A stretch of DNA of 32,000 bases from Thermoproteus tenax Kra 1 (lineage in GTDB: Archaea > Thermoproteota > Thermoprotei > Thermoproteales > Thermoproteaceae). The first letter of the stretch is position 1. Every line of letters starts with the position of its first letter. The notes beneath the pieces were generated by a model. That model saw only the letters and a list, made by a program, of their open reading frames with translations. It was not told where the DNA came from and made no database searches. Both the position numbers and the translations under genes were made by a program. The DNA is taken from positions 1,590,001 to 1,622,000 of the forward strand of contig NC_016070.1 of assembly GCF_000253055.1 (NCBI RefSeq), in the 5' to 3' direction. Positions 1-8,220 of the stretch are shown piece by piece.

Positions 1-460
1 CAAGTACGACCTGCTGATAGTGGTGCCGCCCGCCCGTCTGCCGAAGCCGTTCCACGACACTCCGCTCGTCTCCAAGTTCCCGAACGGAGTATGGACTGCG
101 ATCAACGTAATGACTGGAAGAAGCGTGAAGTACGACGACGTGTATCTACCGGGCGAACACTCAATGCCTGCCATAGGCCTGCCGGTTGCAGGCGTCCCCG
201 TCCACTTCACAGCCATGGCGAGCGCGAACATGGTGGCTGGGGAGCTCTTGGGAGAGCCCGTCGATCCTGCGCAGATAAACTCGATGGTATGCGCAATGGA
301 CATGGGCAACTTCGGTACAGTGTTCATCTGCGACGTAAAGATCGATTTGGCCAACAACAAGGCCGCGTGGATGGGCAACTGCTACAACATCCTTAAGTCG
401 CCTGTAGGCAAGTTAATAAAGGACTTGTTCTACAAGACATGGTTGGCGACTACGATATGA
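1..460 (+). CDS. C-terminal part of an NAD(P)/FAD-dependent oxidoreductase, sulfide:quinone oxidoreductase-like; 5' end outside the window
   Basis: ORF open from the window edge. Peptide (...FPNGVWTAINVMTGRSVKYDDVYLPGEHSMPAIGLPVAGVPVHFTAMASANMVAGELLGEP...) resembles the C-terminal half of SQR-like flavoproteins. It is coupled by an ATGA overlap to a DUF1641-type gene. Confidence 0.6.
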   Translation, partial: KYDLLIVVPPARLPKPFHDTPLVSKFPNGVWTAINVMTGRSVKYDDVYLPGEHSMPAIGLPVAGVPVHFTAMASANMVAGELLGEPVDPAQINSMVCAMDMGNFGTVFICDVKIDLANNKAAWMGNCYNILKSPVGKLIKDLFYKTWLATTI

Positions 461-906
461 GCGCGCAACAGAACGTCGATCAGAAGGTGGCAGAGTTGCT
501 CAAGACGCTCGCAGAACACGCAGATGAGCTCCAGGCCCTTGTGGAGCAGCTGATCGAGCTCAAGAGGACTGGCGTACTTGACGCCTTGATGATCGTAGTC
601 AATAGATTCGAAGAACTTATACACTACGTGTTCCAGGATCCCGCCATAATGAGGCTGGCGTCTCTGGGGGTCGATGGAACGCTGGGGGGTCTCTCAAAGC
701 TTGAGACGCAAGATGTTATCAATATGAAGGCGTCGCTCCAAGAGCTTATAGTTCGGCTCGGGAAGGGCCTCACGCCTGATGCGTTGATCAATCCTAAGCC
801 CGTCAAGGGAATCTGGGGCCTCTTGAGCGCCCTAAATGATCCAGACGTGCAGAGGGGATTGGGAGTCGCCTTCGCACTGTTGAAGGCCCTAGGGAAAACT
901 CAGTAG
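457..906 (+). CDS. DUF1641 family protein (SQR-associated accessory protein)
   Basis: The ORF track starts at 439, but the ATG at 457 overlaps the upstream stop (ATGA). The ending ...VKGIWGLLSALNDPDVQRGLGVAFALLKALG is DUF1641-like. Confidence 0.65.
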   Translation: MSAQQNVDQKVAELLKTLAEHADELQALVEQLIELKRTGVLDALMIVVNRFEELIHYVFQDPAIMRLASLGVDGTLGGLSKLETQDVINMKASLQELIVRLGKGLTPDALINPKPVKGIWGLLSALNDPDVQRGLGVAFALLKALGKTQ

Positions 907-934
907 TTTTTTCGTCCGACGTTTGACCGCGTAA

Positions 935-972
935 ACGACTCCTCCTCACTCCAAGGGGCGAGGAGGAGTCGT
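935..972. repeat. Perfect 13-bp inverted repeat with 12-nt loop (ACGACTCCTCCTC / GAGGAGGAGTCGT)
   Basis: Read directly from sequence, 29 bp downstream of the DUF1641 stop and after a TTTTTT run. Confidence 0.9.
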
Positions 973-1109
973 CTCCTTCTCCCAGCGCCTATCTCGGCTG
1001 CGTCGATCGTCCCAGCCTCCCTCTCAACGCCATAGGAGCGCCTAGCGGCGGCGTCCGTGTTAAGGTCGTTTGGAATCCCACGAGTTGAGTTTGAATGAGG
1101 CCTTGTTAG

Positions 1110-1222
1110 AGCCCCGGCCGGGATTCGAACCCGGGACCTCCCGCTCTCTTGGTGCTATGGCTTACGAGGCTCACGCGGAGCTAAGCTCCTGGGCGCTCCG
1201 GACCGGGCTGAGCTACCGGGGC
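1110..1222 (-). tRNA. tRNA-Thr(CGU) with two predicted introns: 20 nt at position 29/30 and 17 nt at 37/38
   Basis: Reverse complement gives GCCCCGG acceptor / CCGGGGC, D-arm GCTC/GAGC, T-arm CCGGG-TTCGAAT-CCCGG. Removing AGGAGCTTAGCTCCGCGTGA and AGCCATAGCACCAAGAG gives anticodon arm CCCGC-CTCGTAA-GCGGG and a 75-nt body plus discriminator U73. A TATA-like AAAATTTTT lies about 25 nt upstream. Confidence 0.85.
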
Positions 1223-1462
1223 GGTGGAAAACATGGCAAGACCTTAAAAATTTTGTCTCTCCCGCCTCTGCGGCCAGCCAAGCGCCCCCTTCCGACAACG
1301 GGCTGAGTTGGCTTCAGCATAAATTTTTTATTTTAATAGAGCACAGATATACATATCTTAATCACTATAATCGTCGAGATATTTGTATTTTTTACAATTT
1401 TTCAGTCCTCTCTATTAATCTTTTACTATGATTGCTTTTTTATATCGTATGGATTTCAGCCA

Positions 1463-2839
1463 ATGTCCATTCCGCGTCTTATGTGTACACAACACCCCGA
1501 CTCAACGATCAAGGTATCGGTGGAGGAGGAAGTCGAGGAGGCAGTATCGGCGTATTCCATATACGGGTGCGATGAAGTTATGTCGGACTTTGAGGGCAAG
1601 GGAACTCCCTATATTCAGCCCAGAGATATTGTCGTAAGGGCCCTTAAGGCCGGCATCCCGCTTGGGGAGAGCTTCTTTATAACTCCGAGGATACCGAACC
1701 CCAGCCTCGAGGACTTCGAAAGGAGCGTGCTGGCTATGGAGGCCGCAGTTCTCGCAGACTTAAGGGCGCACAGAGAGGCGGGGGTTCACGCCGTGAGGTG
1801 GATTATACTGCCCATGTCGGAGAGCCCTGAGGACGTGAGATTTGCGGCCGAGCTCTTGCTCAAGAAGATCTCTGCGTATTCTGGCGGAGCCGACATACAG
1901 CTTGTGCCCCTTGTTGAGAACGCCGGCAAGCACTTGAGGATACTGGATTTCGTGAGAGTTATAATCGACGAATATCTCAGAAAGGGCATCTTTCTAGACA
2001 GCATTAGAATATTCCTGGGCAAAAGCGACTCTGCAGTGACGCACGGCCATATAGCATCAGCGTTGGCCATTAGGGCGGCGCTGAAGGCGCTCTACGACTT
2101 CAGCTCTGAGAGCGACCACAAGATATACCCCATTCTGGGAATGGGGTCTCCGCCGTTCAGAGGCGGCCTAAACAACCCTGAGCTTGCCCCACGCGAGGCG
2201 GCCCAGTATTCCGGCTATTACACGGCGACTATACAATCGGCAGTGCGCTACGATGTCCCATATCAACAGTACTTAGGCGTCAAAGAGGCGATCCTGTCCA
2301 ACATTGGGGGACGCCCCGACCCGGCCTTCGATGTCGAATGGGCTGCTAGAGCCGTCGAAGAGGCGGCGAAGCTCTATAGAGGGCTAGTATTCAAATACGG
2401 AGAGAGGATCTCGGAGGTCTCCTCGTTGGTTCCCTCTACGCGCGACAGAGTCGCTTGGCGCGTCTACGGGCGGAGTATAATAAACGGCGATGCGATATTG
2501 AACGTGCCGCGCGCTATAGTCTTTACAGCAACGTGGTATGCTCTCGGCGTGCCGCCGACGTTGCTAGATGCTCCATTCATGCTTGAGCTGAACAAACGCG
2601 ATGAACTTGACTATCTATTCCGCCTTTTGCCCGCGCTACCTGCCGAGCTCAGCTTCGACTCAAGGTTCTACGATAGGCGTAGAGCCGAGAGGCTGCTCGA
2701 CGAAAGGATCGTCCGAGAGATAGACGGACTGTTAGATGTGTTGGGCATAAAGCCCGAGCCGGCGCATGAGATGCCGCCGTTTACTCCATCTTCCGCGTAT
2801 ATCTTAGCAGAGGCCAGAGCCAGGGGGTTCCTCGGCTAG
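1463..2839 (+). CDS. ppcA: Archaeal-type phosphoenolpyruvate carboxylase
   Basis: 458-aa ORF starting MSIPRLMCTQHPDSTIKVSVEEEVEEAV, containing SDFEGKGTPY and GNVPRAIVFTATWYALG-like motifs typical of the small archaeal PEPC family. Confidence 0.93.
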   Translation: MSIPRLMCTQHPDSTIKVSVEEEVEEAVSAYSIYGCDEVMSDFEGKGTPYIQPRDIVVRALKAGIPLGESFFITPRIPNPSLEDFERSVLAMEAAVLADLRAHREAGVHAVRWIILPMSESPEDVRFAAELLLKKISAYSGGADIQLVPLVENAGKHLRILDFVRVIIDEYLRKGIFLDSIRIFLGKSDSAVTHGHIASALAIRAALKALYDFSSESDHKIYPILGMGSPPFRGGLNNPELAPREAAQYSGYYTATIQSAVRYDVPYQQYLGVKEAILSNIGGRPDPAFDVEWAARAVEEAAKLYRGLVFKYGERISEVSSLVPSTRDRVAWRVYGRSIINGDAILNVPRAIVFTATWYALGVPPTLLDAPFMLELNKRDELDYLFRLLPALPAELSFDSRFYDRRRAERLLDERIVREIDGLLDVLGIKPEPAHEMPPFTPSSAYILAEARARGFLG

Positions 2840-3684
2840 GCCTCCTCGAGGGCAACCACGGCGACTCCGGTCAATACTAGAGCCATTCCAACTACGGTGA
2901 ACGGCGTAGGTATCTGCCCGAAGATGGGGATGGCCAACAAGGTGGCTCCGACGGGCTCCCCAAGAGCGCTGACGGCTATCGTTATAGCTCTATATTTCCC
3001 TAACAGATAGTTGAAGATACTGTGGCCTAACAACATGGGGACTATTGCAATTAGGGCGAAGAGGAGGTATACCTCCAGGCTGTAGCCGAACAGCGGCGAG
3101 CCCTCGGCGAGCGCCACTAAGAGCGTGAAAAACGTAGCGAAGCCGTACGCGACAGCTGTATAGCTCAACGTATCGGCCCTAGCCCTCACTATTCTGCCGA
3201 CGGCCAAATAGCCCGTGAACGCCAACGCGCCTGTCAGCGCCAGGATGGCACCAAAGAGGTTGGAGCCGCCCAAGATCGCGGCAGATTGGAACATGGAGAT
3301 GGCGCCTGCTATTGAGATCAATACTCCTGCGACCGTCCTCCTCGAAACTCTCTCGGACAGTCCGTACCTGCTGACGCCAAGCATAAGAAGAGGGTGCACA
3401 TTAACAAGAGTCGTGCTTATCGCAATAGTAGTATAAAATAGAGAGGCGATCCACGTCGTGAAATGTACAGACAAAAAGGCGCCGGCGAGGGCGGCCAGCG
3501 GCCACCAGCCTCCGATTTTTATTCCTCTTCCGGAGACGCGCGCCGCCGACAGAGTCAGTAGAGTGGCTATGAGGAGTCTCCAGAAGGTGATCGCAAGCGG
3601 ATCCGCCTCTGTGAGCCTTATCAAGATCGATGCGCTCGATATGGCAATAATGGCGACCGGTATTAGTGCTATATCCCTATTCAT
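2836..3684 (-). CDS. EamA/DMT-family membrane transporter
   Basis: Two halves of about 5 TM segments, ITFWRLLIATLLTLS and PVGATLLAIPIFGQIPTPFTVVGMALVLTGV motifs of drug/metabolite transporters. Confidence 0.85.
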   Translation of the reverse strand: MNRDIALIPVAIIAISSASILIRLTEADPLAITFWRLLIATLLTLSAARVSGRGIKIGGWWPLAALAGAFLSVHFTTWIASLFYTTIAISTTLVNVHPLLMLGVSRYGLSERVSRRTVAGVLISIAGAISMFQSAAILGGSNLFGAILALTGALAFTGYLAVGRIVRARADTLSYTAVAYGFATFFTLLVALAEGSPLFGYSLEVYLLFALIAIVPMLLGHSIFNYLLGKYRAITIAVSALGEPVGATLLAIPIFGQIPTPFTVVGMALVLTGVAVVALEEA

Positions 3685-4112
3685 TCAAAGATGTAAAGCC
3701 CGTGGTATTCGCTATATCTCCTCACAAGGGGCCTCGGCGATGGAATCGCCATAATCTCTAGGTGGAACGATGTCCCCTCCACCAGATGACCGGCATAGGC
3801 TCTCCCCTCCTTATCTCCCAAAACTATATGGATGTGGACAAAGGGAGAGTTATCCTTGATGGATATATTACCAATCATGGATGCGACCTCCAAGCCTCCA
3901 TCGAGGTTCTTCTCAAAATACCTCTTGGAAACTTGATCGTACCAGGCTATCGTGGCCCTCTTCAACGATCCCAGGCCGATCAAAAATCCGCTGGATATGC
4001 CCGCCTCGGCCAACTTACTTTTGAGATAGGACACAACCTCTACATCAGGTGGCACTCTGAACACTGCGGCCATGAGACAGTATCTGTTTTTTATATTTAG
4101 TGCGCCGCCCAT
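3681..4112 (-). CDS. PPC/DUF296 domain protein (PD1-like)
   Basis: Peptide ...LIGLGSLKRATIAWYDQ...FVHIHIVLGDKEGRAYAGHLVEGTSFHLEIMA matches the PPC/DUF296 pattern (H-x-H plus GH...G). Confidence 0.8.
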   Translation of the reverse strand: MGGALNIKNRYCLMAAVFRVPPDVEVVSYLKSKLAEAGISSGFLIGLGSLKRATIAWYDQVSKRYFEKNLDGGLEVASMIGNISIKDNSPFVHIHIVLGDKEGRAYAGHLVEGTSFHLEIMAIPSPRPLVRRYSEYHGLYIFE

Positions 4113-4259
4113 ATTGATCCAAGGTCGATGAGGAGAGTCATGCCGAGTGATACGTGATCGGTCCAGGGGTAGCCGATTTAAGTAATTGTTTAAAATTTCA
4201 TGGGAGCTATCGCTCTATATTCCGAGAAATATTTAAAAAAATGATTGAAGAGGTGCTCC

Positions 4260-5714
4260 ATGAACCTCGATAAATTCTTCGGAATCTCCGAGCGCGGCTC
4301 GACGGTGGGAAGGGAGGTGCTCGCAGGCCTCACGACGTTTTTAGCGATGTCCTATATACTCTTCGTCAACCCGGCTATACTGACGGGGGGCTTCCAAGTC
4401 GCGCTCCAAGCCGCGTTCCACATGAGCGCTCAACAAGTACAACAGACCTATGGGCCCCTCTTATCCAGCGTTCAGCTCAGCTTCACGATAGCTACGGCGC
4501 TTGCTGCAGGCTTTGCGACGCTCGTCATGGCCCTCTACGCCCGTATGCCGTTCGGCCTCGCGCCGGGAATGGGCGAGAACGCCTTTATAGGCTATACTAT
4601 AATTCCTGCGTTCCTCTCAGTCTTGTTGCACCAGAAGCTTGTGCCGATAGCCGATGCGCCATTATTCGCAATATATCTGGCGTTGGTCTCAGTGTTCTTT
4701 AACGGCATCCTCTTCTTAATATTCTCAATAGGGGGTATTCGTGAGTTCATAATAAACTCTGTGCCTGAGTCCATCAAGTTGGGCATCTCCATAGGGATCG
4801 GCCTATTTATCTCCCTCATAGGTCTAGCAAATATAGGTCTAGTGACCGCCGGCCAGGGAACTCCCATAACTATCAACTGGCAGGCATTCACGTCGGCGAC
4901 GCTCTATCTGGGCATCGCCAGTGCCATCATCGCGGGCGCCCTCTTGGCGTTTAGAGTGCCCGGCGCATTCCTCATAGCGATTATTGCGACGACCCTAGCC
5001 GGCCTCCCGCTGGGCCTCGTCTCTCCGCCGCCCTATACTCCAACATACAATCTGACTACTTCTATATTGAACAACTTGCCCGGCTCCTTCTATCTCTACT
5101 TTGCGCTCTTCGGGATAGGCTTCCCCATAGCGTTTTCGTTGTTCCTAGTGGACTTCTTCGACGGTTTAGGCACTATAACAGGCTTGGCCATGAAGGCGGG
5201 GCTTGTGAGGAACGGCAAGATTGTCAACCTCAACAGAGCGTTGATCTCAGACTCTCTGGCCTCAATATTTGCGCCGTTCTTCGGCACATCGACTACAGTT
5301 GTCTATATTGAGAGCGCCACCGGCATAGAGCAGGGTGGGAGAACCGGCTTGACGGCGCTTGTAATATCTCTGCTCTTCTTCTCCTCCATAGCGCTGGCGC
5401 CGTTATTCGCGGCCGTGCCCGCCTACGCCACAGGCGGCGTGTTAACCCTCGTAGGCCTCCTCTTCTTGGGCATGGCCGGCAGACTGGTCGCCATTGACGA
5501 CTACACTGAGACTATACCTGCCTTTATGGCCATAATGGGCATACCCTTCACGTTCAGCATCACTGCCGGCATAGGGCTCGGCTTTATATTCTATGTATTA
5601 TTGAAGGCCGCCACCGGGAGGTTCAGAGATCTAAAGCCGGGCATTGTTCTCATCGCTATTCTGTTCGCAATATACTTCGGGCTTACTACATATTTTGAGA
5701 CGACGGGCTACTAG
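4260..5714 (+). CDS. NCS2 family purine/xanthine/uracil permease (AzgA-like)
   Basis: MNLDKFFGISERGSTVGREVLAGLTTFLAMSYILFVNPAIL and GLAPGMGENAF motifs. ATG at 4260 preferred over the track's TTG 4245, because ATATTTAAAA lies about 25 nt upstream. Confidence 0.9.
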   Translation: MNLDKFFGISERGSTVGREVLAGLTTFLAMSYILFVNPAILTGGFQVALQAAFHMSAQQVQQTYGPLLSSVQLSFTIATALAAGFATLVMALYARMPFGLAPGMGENAFIGYTIIPAFLSVLLHQKLVPIADAPLFAIYLALVSVFFNGILFLIFSIGGIREFIINSVPESIKLGISIGIGLFISLIGLANIGLVTAGQGTPITINWQAFTSATLYLGIASAIIAGALLAFRVPGAFLIAIIATTLAGLPLGLVSPPPYTPTYNLTTSILNNLPGSFYLYFALFGIGFPIAFSLFLVDFFDGLGTITGLAMKAGLVRNGKIVNLNRALISDSLASIFAPFFGTSTTVVYIESATGIEQGGRTGLTALVISLLFFSSIALAPLFAAVPAYATGGVLTLVGLLFLGMAGRLVAIDDYTETIPAFMAIMGIPFTFSITAGIGLGFIFYVLLKAATGRFRDLKPGIVLIAILFAIYFGLTTYFETTGY

Positions 5715-5734
5715 CGCTTTAAAAGATCCCCCTT

Positions 5735-6625
5735 TTGAGCTACGTGCCCCAGAGGCCGTTGGGGGTTATACTCGCCGGCGGGAGGGGGTCTCGCTTCGGA
5801 GATCCTCAGAAGTGCCTCAGGCCGGTCTGTGGAGTCCCCATGATTATGAGAGTGGTCGCCTCGTTACAGCCCTATGTCTCACGGCTCGTGGTGGCTACGA
5901 CGCGCGGCCACGCCGCAGTGGCGTGGCTCGCACGCACTTGGGACATGGAGGTGATCTACACTGAGGGCGGGGGATACGAGCGCGATATATCGGCGCTCCT
6001 CAAGTTGGCCCCCGTCGTGATAGCCTCGTGCGATCTGCCCTTCCTAGAGCCCCACCATGTGGCCGAATTGATCGAGAACGATGTTTTCACAAGCGCAGTC
6101 AAGGACGGAGAATACATAGGGCTTACCTGGGCTCCCAACGGCGATCTCAGTAAGTGGACCAATATGGATCTGGACGTCGAGGATGTGGACGACCGGCGTA
6201 AGTGGCTCCAGTTGAGCTCATCGTGCCAGAAGCCGACGTATCCCATAGTCGTAGATCCGCGCACTCTTCTGCCCCATGAGGACGTCGAGGGGTTGTTGGA
6301 GATATCGTGGGCCGTGCGCCCCGTGGTAGTCGACGTTTGGACTTGCACTGTGCTTGACGGACACCACAGACTGGCCTCCCTCGCCGCCAGAGGGCTACCT
6401 GTCCCAGTCGTGCCCATGGACTACGCAAGCCTAGATGTGTTCACGCCTGACGGCCTATATTTCGACAAACTTGCGGTGATCTCATCGGCTTCGCGCGGAG
6501 AGAGACTGGGCCGTAGAGTCACCAGACACTTCTACGGCGGAAAACACGTCTCAAGCCTAAACCATGTGGAAATGAGCCTGGGGGAACTCGCCAATATTGC
6601 GCCGCTTAGGTGCGAGCCTCTATAG
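5735..6625 (+). CDS. Fusion protein: CobY-like adenosylcobinamide-phosphate guanylyltransferase domain plus C-terminal SerK/ParB-like free amino-acid kinase domain (candidate L-threonine kinase)
   Basis: N-terminal GVILAGGRGSRFGDPQKCL nucleotidyltransferase motif. C-terminal VVDPRTLLPHEDVE...TVLDGHHRLASL...RRVTRHFYGGKHVSSLNHVEMSLGEL resembles the archaeal ADP-dependent serine kinase family. Start may instead be GTG 5744. Confidence 0.75.
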   Translation: MSYVPQRPLGVILAGGRGSRFGDPQKCLRPVCGVPMIMRVVASLQPYVSRLVVATTRGHAAVAWLARTWDMEVIYTEGGGYERDISALLKLAPVVIASCDLPFLEPHHVAELIENDVFTSAVKDGEYIGLTWAPNGDLSKWTNMDLDVEDVDDRRKWLQLSSSCQKPTYPIVVDPRTLLPHEDVEGLLEISWAVRPVVVDVWTCTVLDGHHRLASLAARGLPVPVVPMDYASLDVFTPDGLYFDKLAVISSASRGERLGRRVTRHFYGGKHVSSLNHVEMSLGELANIAPLRCEPL

Positions 6626-7113
6626 ATATAACTGGGACAGCTTCCGAGCTTGTGTTGTTAGCATACACCGGCGATGGAAAGGGGAAGACCACGGCGGCCT
6701 TGGGCGTCTTGCTCAGGGCTTGGGGACACGGCATGAGGACGTTGGCGGTCTTCTTGATGAAGACGCCTAGATATATGAACGACTACGTGGGCGAATATAA
6801 AGCGCTGAAGAGGTTGGGCATCGACGCGCTCTATCTAGAGGATCACAAAAGGCCCGAGGAGCTCCTCGAGGAGGCTTTGGCCAGAGCCTCCGACTACGAT
6901 CTAGTCATACTGGACGAATTCAATTACGCCGTCCGTCAAGGATTCATTAAGCCCTCGGAGGTGAGGAGGCTCCTAGGCCTCAAACCCCACGTTATAATTA
7001 CCGGCAACTACCTCTACGACGAACTCCTCTTGGCGGACCTCGTGTCAGAGGTGAAGTCTGTTAAACACTACTACAAAAGCGGCGTCGTCGGCGTAAGAGG
7101 CATTGATTGGTAA
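6610..7113 (+). CDS. cobO: Cob(I)yrinic acid a,c-diamide / corrinoid adenosyltransferase (CobA/CobO/BtuR type)
   Basis: P-loop LAYTGDGKGKTTAALGVLLRAWGHG and YDLVILDEFNYA; overlaps the upstream cobamide gene. Confidence 0.88.
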   Translation: MRASIDITGTASELVLLAYTGDGKGKTTAALGVLLRAWGHGMRTLAVFLMKTPRYMNDYVGEYKALKRLGIDALYLEDHKRPEELLEEALARASDYDLVILDEFNYAVRQGFIKPSEVRRLLGLKPHVIITGNYLYDELLLADLVSEVKSVKHYYKSGVVGVRGIDW

Positions 7114-7122
7114 AGAATAAAT

Positions 7123-7140
7123 AAGGGATAAATATCCCTT
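7123..7140. promoter_or_regulatory. Perfect inverted repeat AAGGGATA-AA-TATCCCTT between the promoter and start codon of the CobT-like gene
   Basis: Palindrome read directly; it ends 2 bp before ATG 7143 and overlaps the end of an AAGAATAAATAAGG TATA/BRE-like element. Confidence 0.5.
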
Positions 7141-7142
7141 GC

Positions 7143-8135
7143 ATGAGTACGACGTTTGTAATAGTGGTGGGCACGACCGACATCTCGCTCATACCTGGCA
7201 TAACTGTGGCGGGCGCATCGCCGGAGCTTACACACTATACGCCGGCGGCAGACGTGGAGTACCTGTTGACGGGCAAGCCCAGGAGCATTTCGGCGATACC
7301 GGTCACGCCCGAGGGGATACCTACGCCCGCTCTAGTGACGAGGGCTCTGACGTACGATGTGGCTAAGCTGGTCGCCTTTGCGGGAGGCAGAGTCAAGCCC
7401 AAGGTGCCGTATATAGATCTTGGCGGAGAGCCCGGCGGAGATTTCAGGAGAGGTCCCGCGCTATCTATCGAGGCTGTTGAAAGGATCCTGGACAGTGGAA
7501 AGATTCTGGGGCGCGAGCTGGCCAGACTTGGCGAAGTCTTCATAGGAGAATCAATACCGGGGGGCACCACGACTGCAATGGCCATTCTAGTGGCGCTGGG
7601 CTACGACGCATGGGGCAAAACCTCCTCCGCAGGTCCCCACAATCCGAAGGATCTGAAAATATCTGTAGTACGCGAGGCTCTGGCGAGGGCGGGTAAAATC
7701 GATGGTCCTATAGAGGCGCTTGCGGAGGTGGGCGACCCAGTCCACGTGGGCGTGGCCGCTATCGCTCTGGGCGTCCTCGAGGGGGGCGGCTCGCCTGTGC
7801 TCGCAGGCGGTACCCAAATGGTGGCGGCCGCCGCCATAATTAAGGCTCTGGGGGGCGACATCGGCAGAATAACTATAGCAACTACCGGTTGGATAGCCGA
7901 CGATAAAAGCGCTGATTTCTTCGGCCTAGCCAAAGAGGTTGGCGTAGCCAACATAGTGGTAACTAGAGTGAGATTCTCCGATTCCAGATTCTCCGGCATC
8001 AGAGCATACGATGCAGGCTATGTAAAGGAGGGCGTGGGCATGGGCGGAGCACTATATATAGCACAGAGAAAGAATTTGCCTATAATTCAACTTATTGATA
8101 AAGAATATGAAAAACTAATTGGTAATAATAATTGA
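7143..8135 (+). CDS. Archaeal CobT-like nicotinate-nucleotide:dimethylbenzimidazole phosphoribosyltransferase family protein
   Basis: IGESIPGGTTTAMAILVALGY, SSAGPHNPKDLK, VLAGGTQMVAAAAIIKALG motifs; adjacent to cobO/cobY. Confidence 0.85.
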   Translation: MSTTFVIVVGTTDISLIPGITVAGASPELTHYTPAADVEYLLTGKPRSISAIPVTPEGIPTPALVTRALTYDVAKLVAFAGGRVKPKVPYIDLGGEPGGDFRRGPALSIEAVERILDSGKILGRELARLGEVFIGESIPGGTTTAMAILVALGYDAWGKTSSAGPHNPKDLKISVVREALARAGKIDGPIEALAEVGDPVHVGVAAIALGVLEGGGSPVLAGGTQMVAAAAIIKALGGDIGRITIATTGWIADDKSADFFGLAKEVGVANIVVTRVRFSDSRFSGIRAYDAGYVKEGVGMGGALYIAQRKNLPIIQLIDKEYEKLIGNNN

Positions 8136-8220
8136 TTTTTAGTTTATATTTTATATTGAGGATAATCACAGCTCCCAACATAGTAGGCGAAGTTTTCATC
8201 TTTAAAAATGGAATTCCGAA

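Noticed and set aside
4113-4244. C/D box sRNA between the PPC-domain gene and the permease
   Set aside because: A CGATGAG string resembles box C, but no convincing box D/D' pair was seen at the right spacing.
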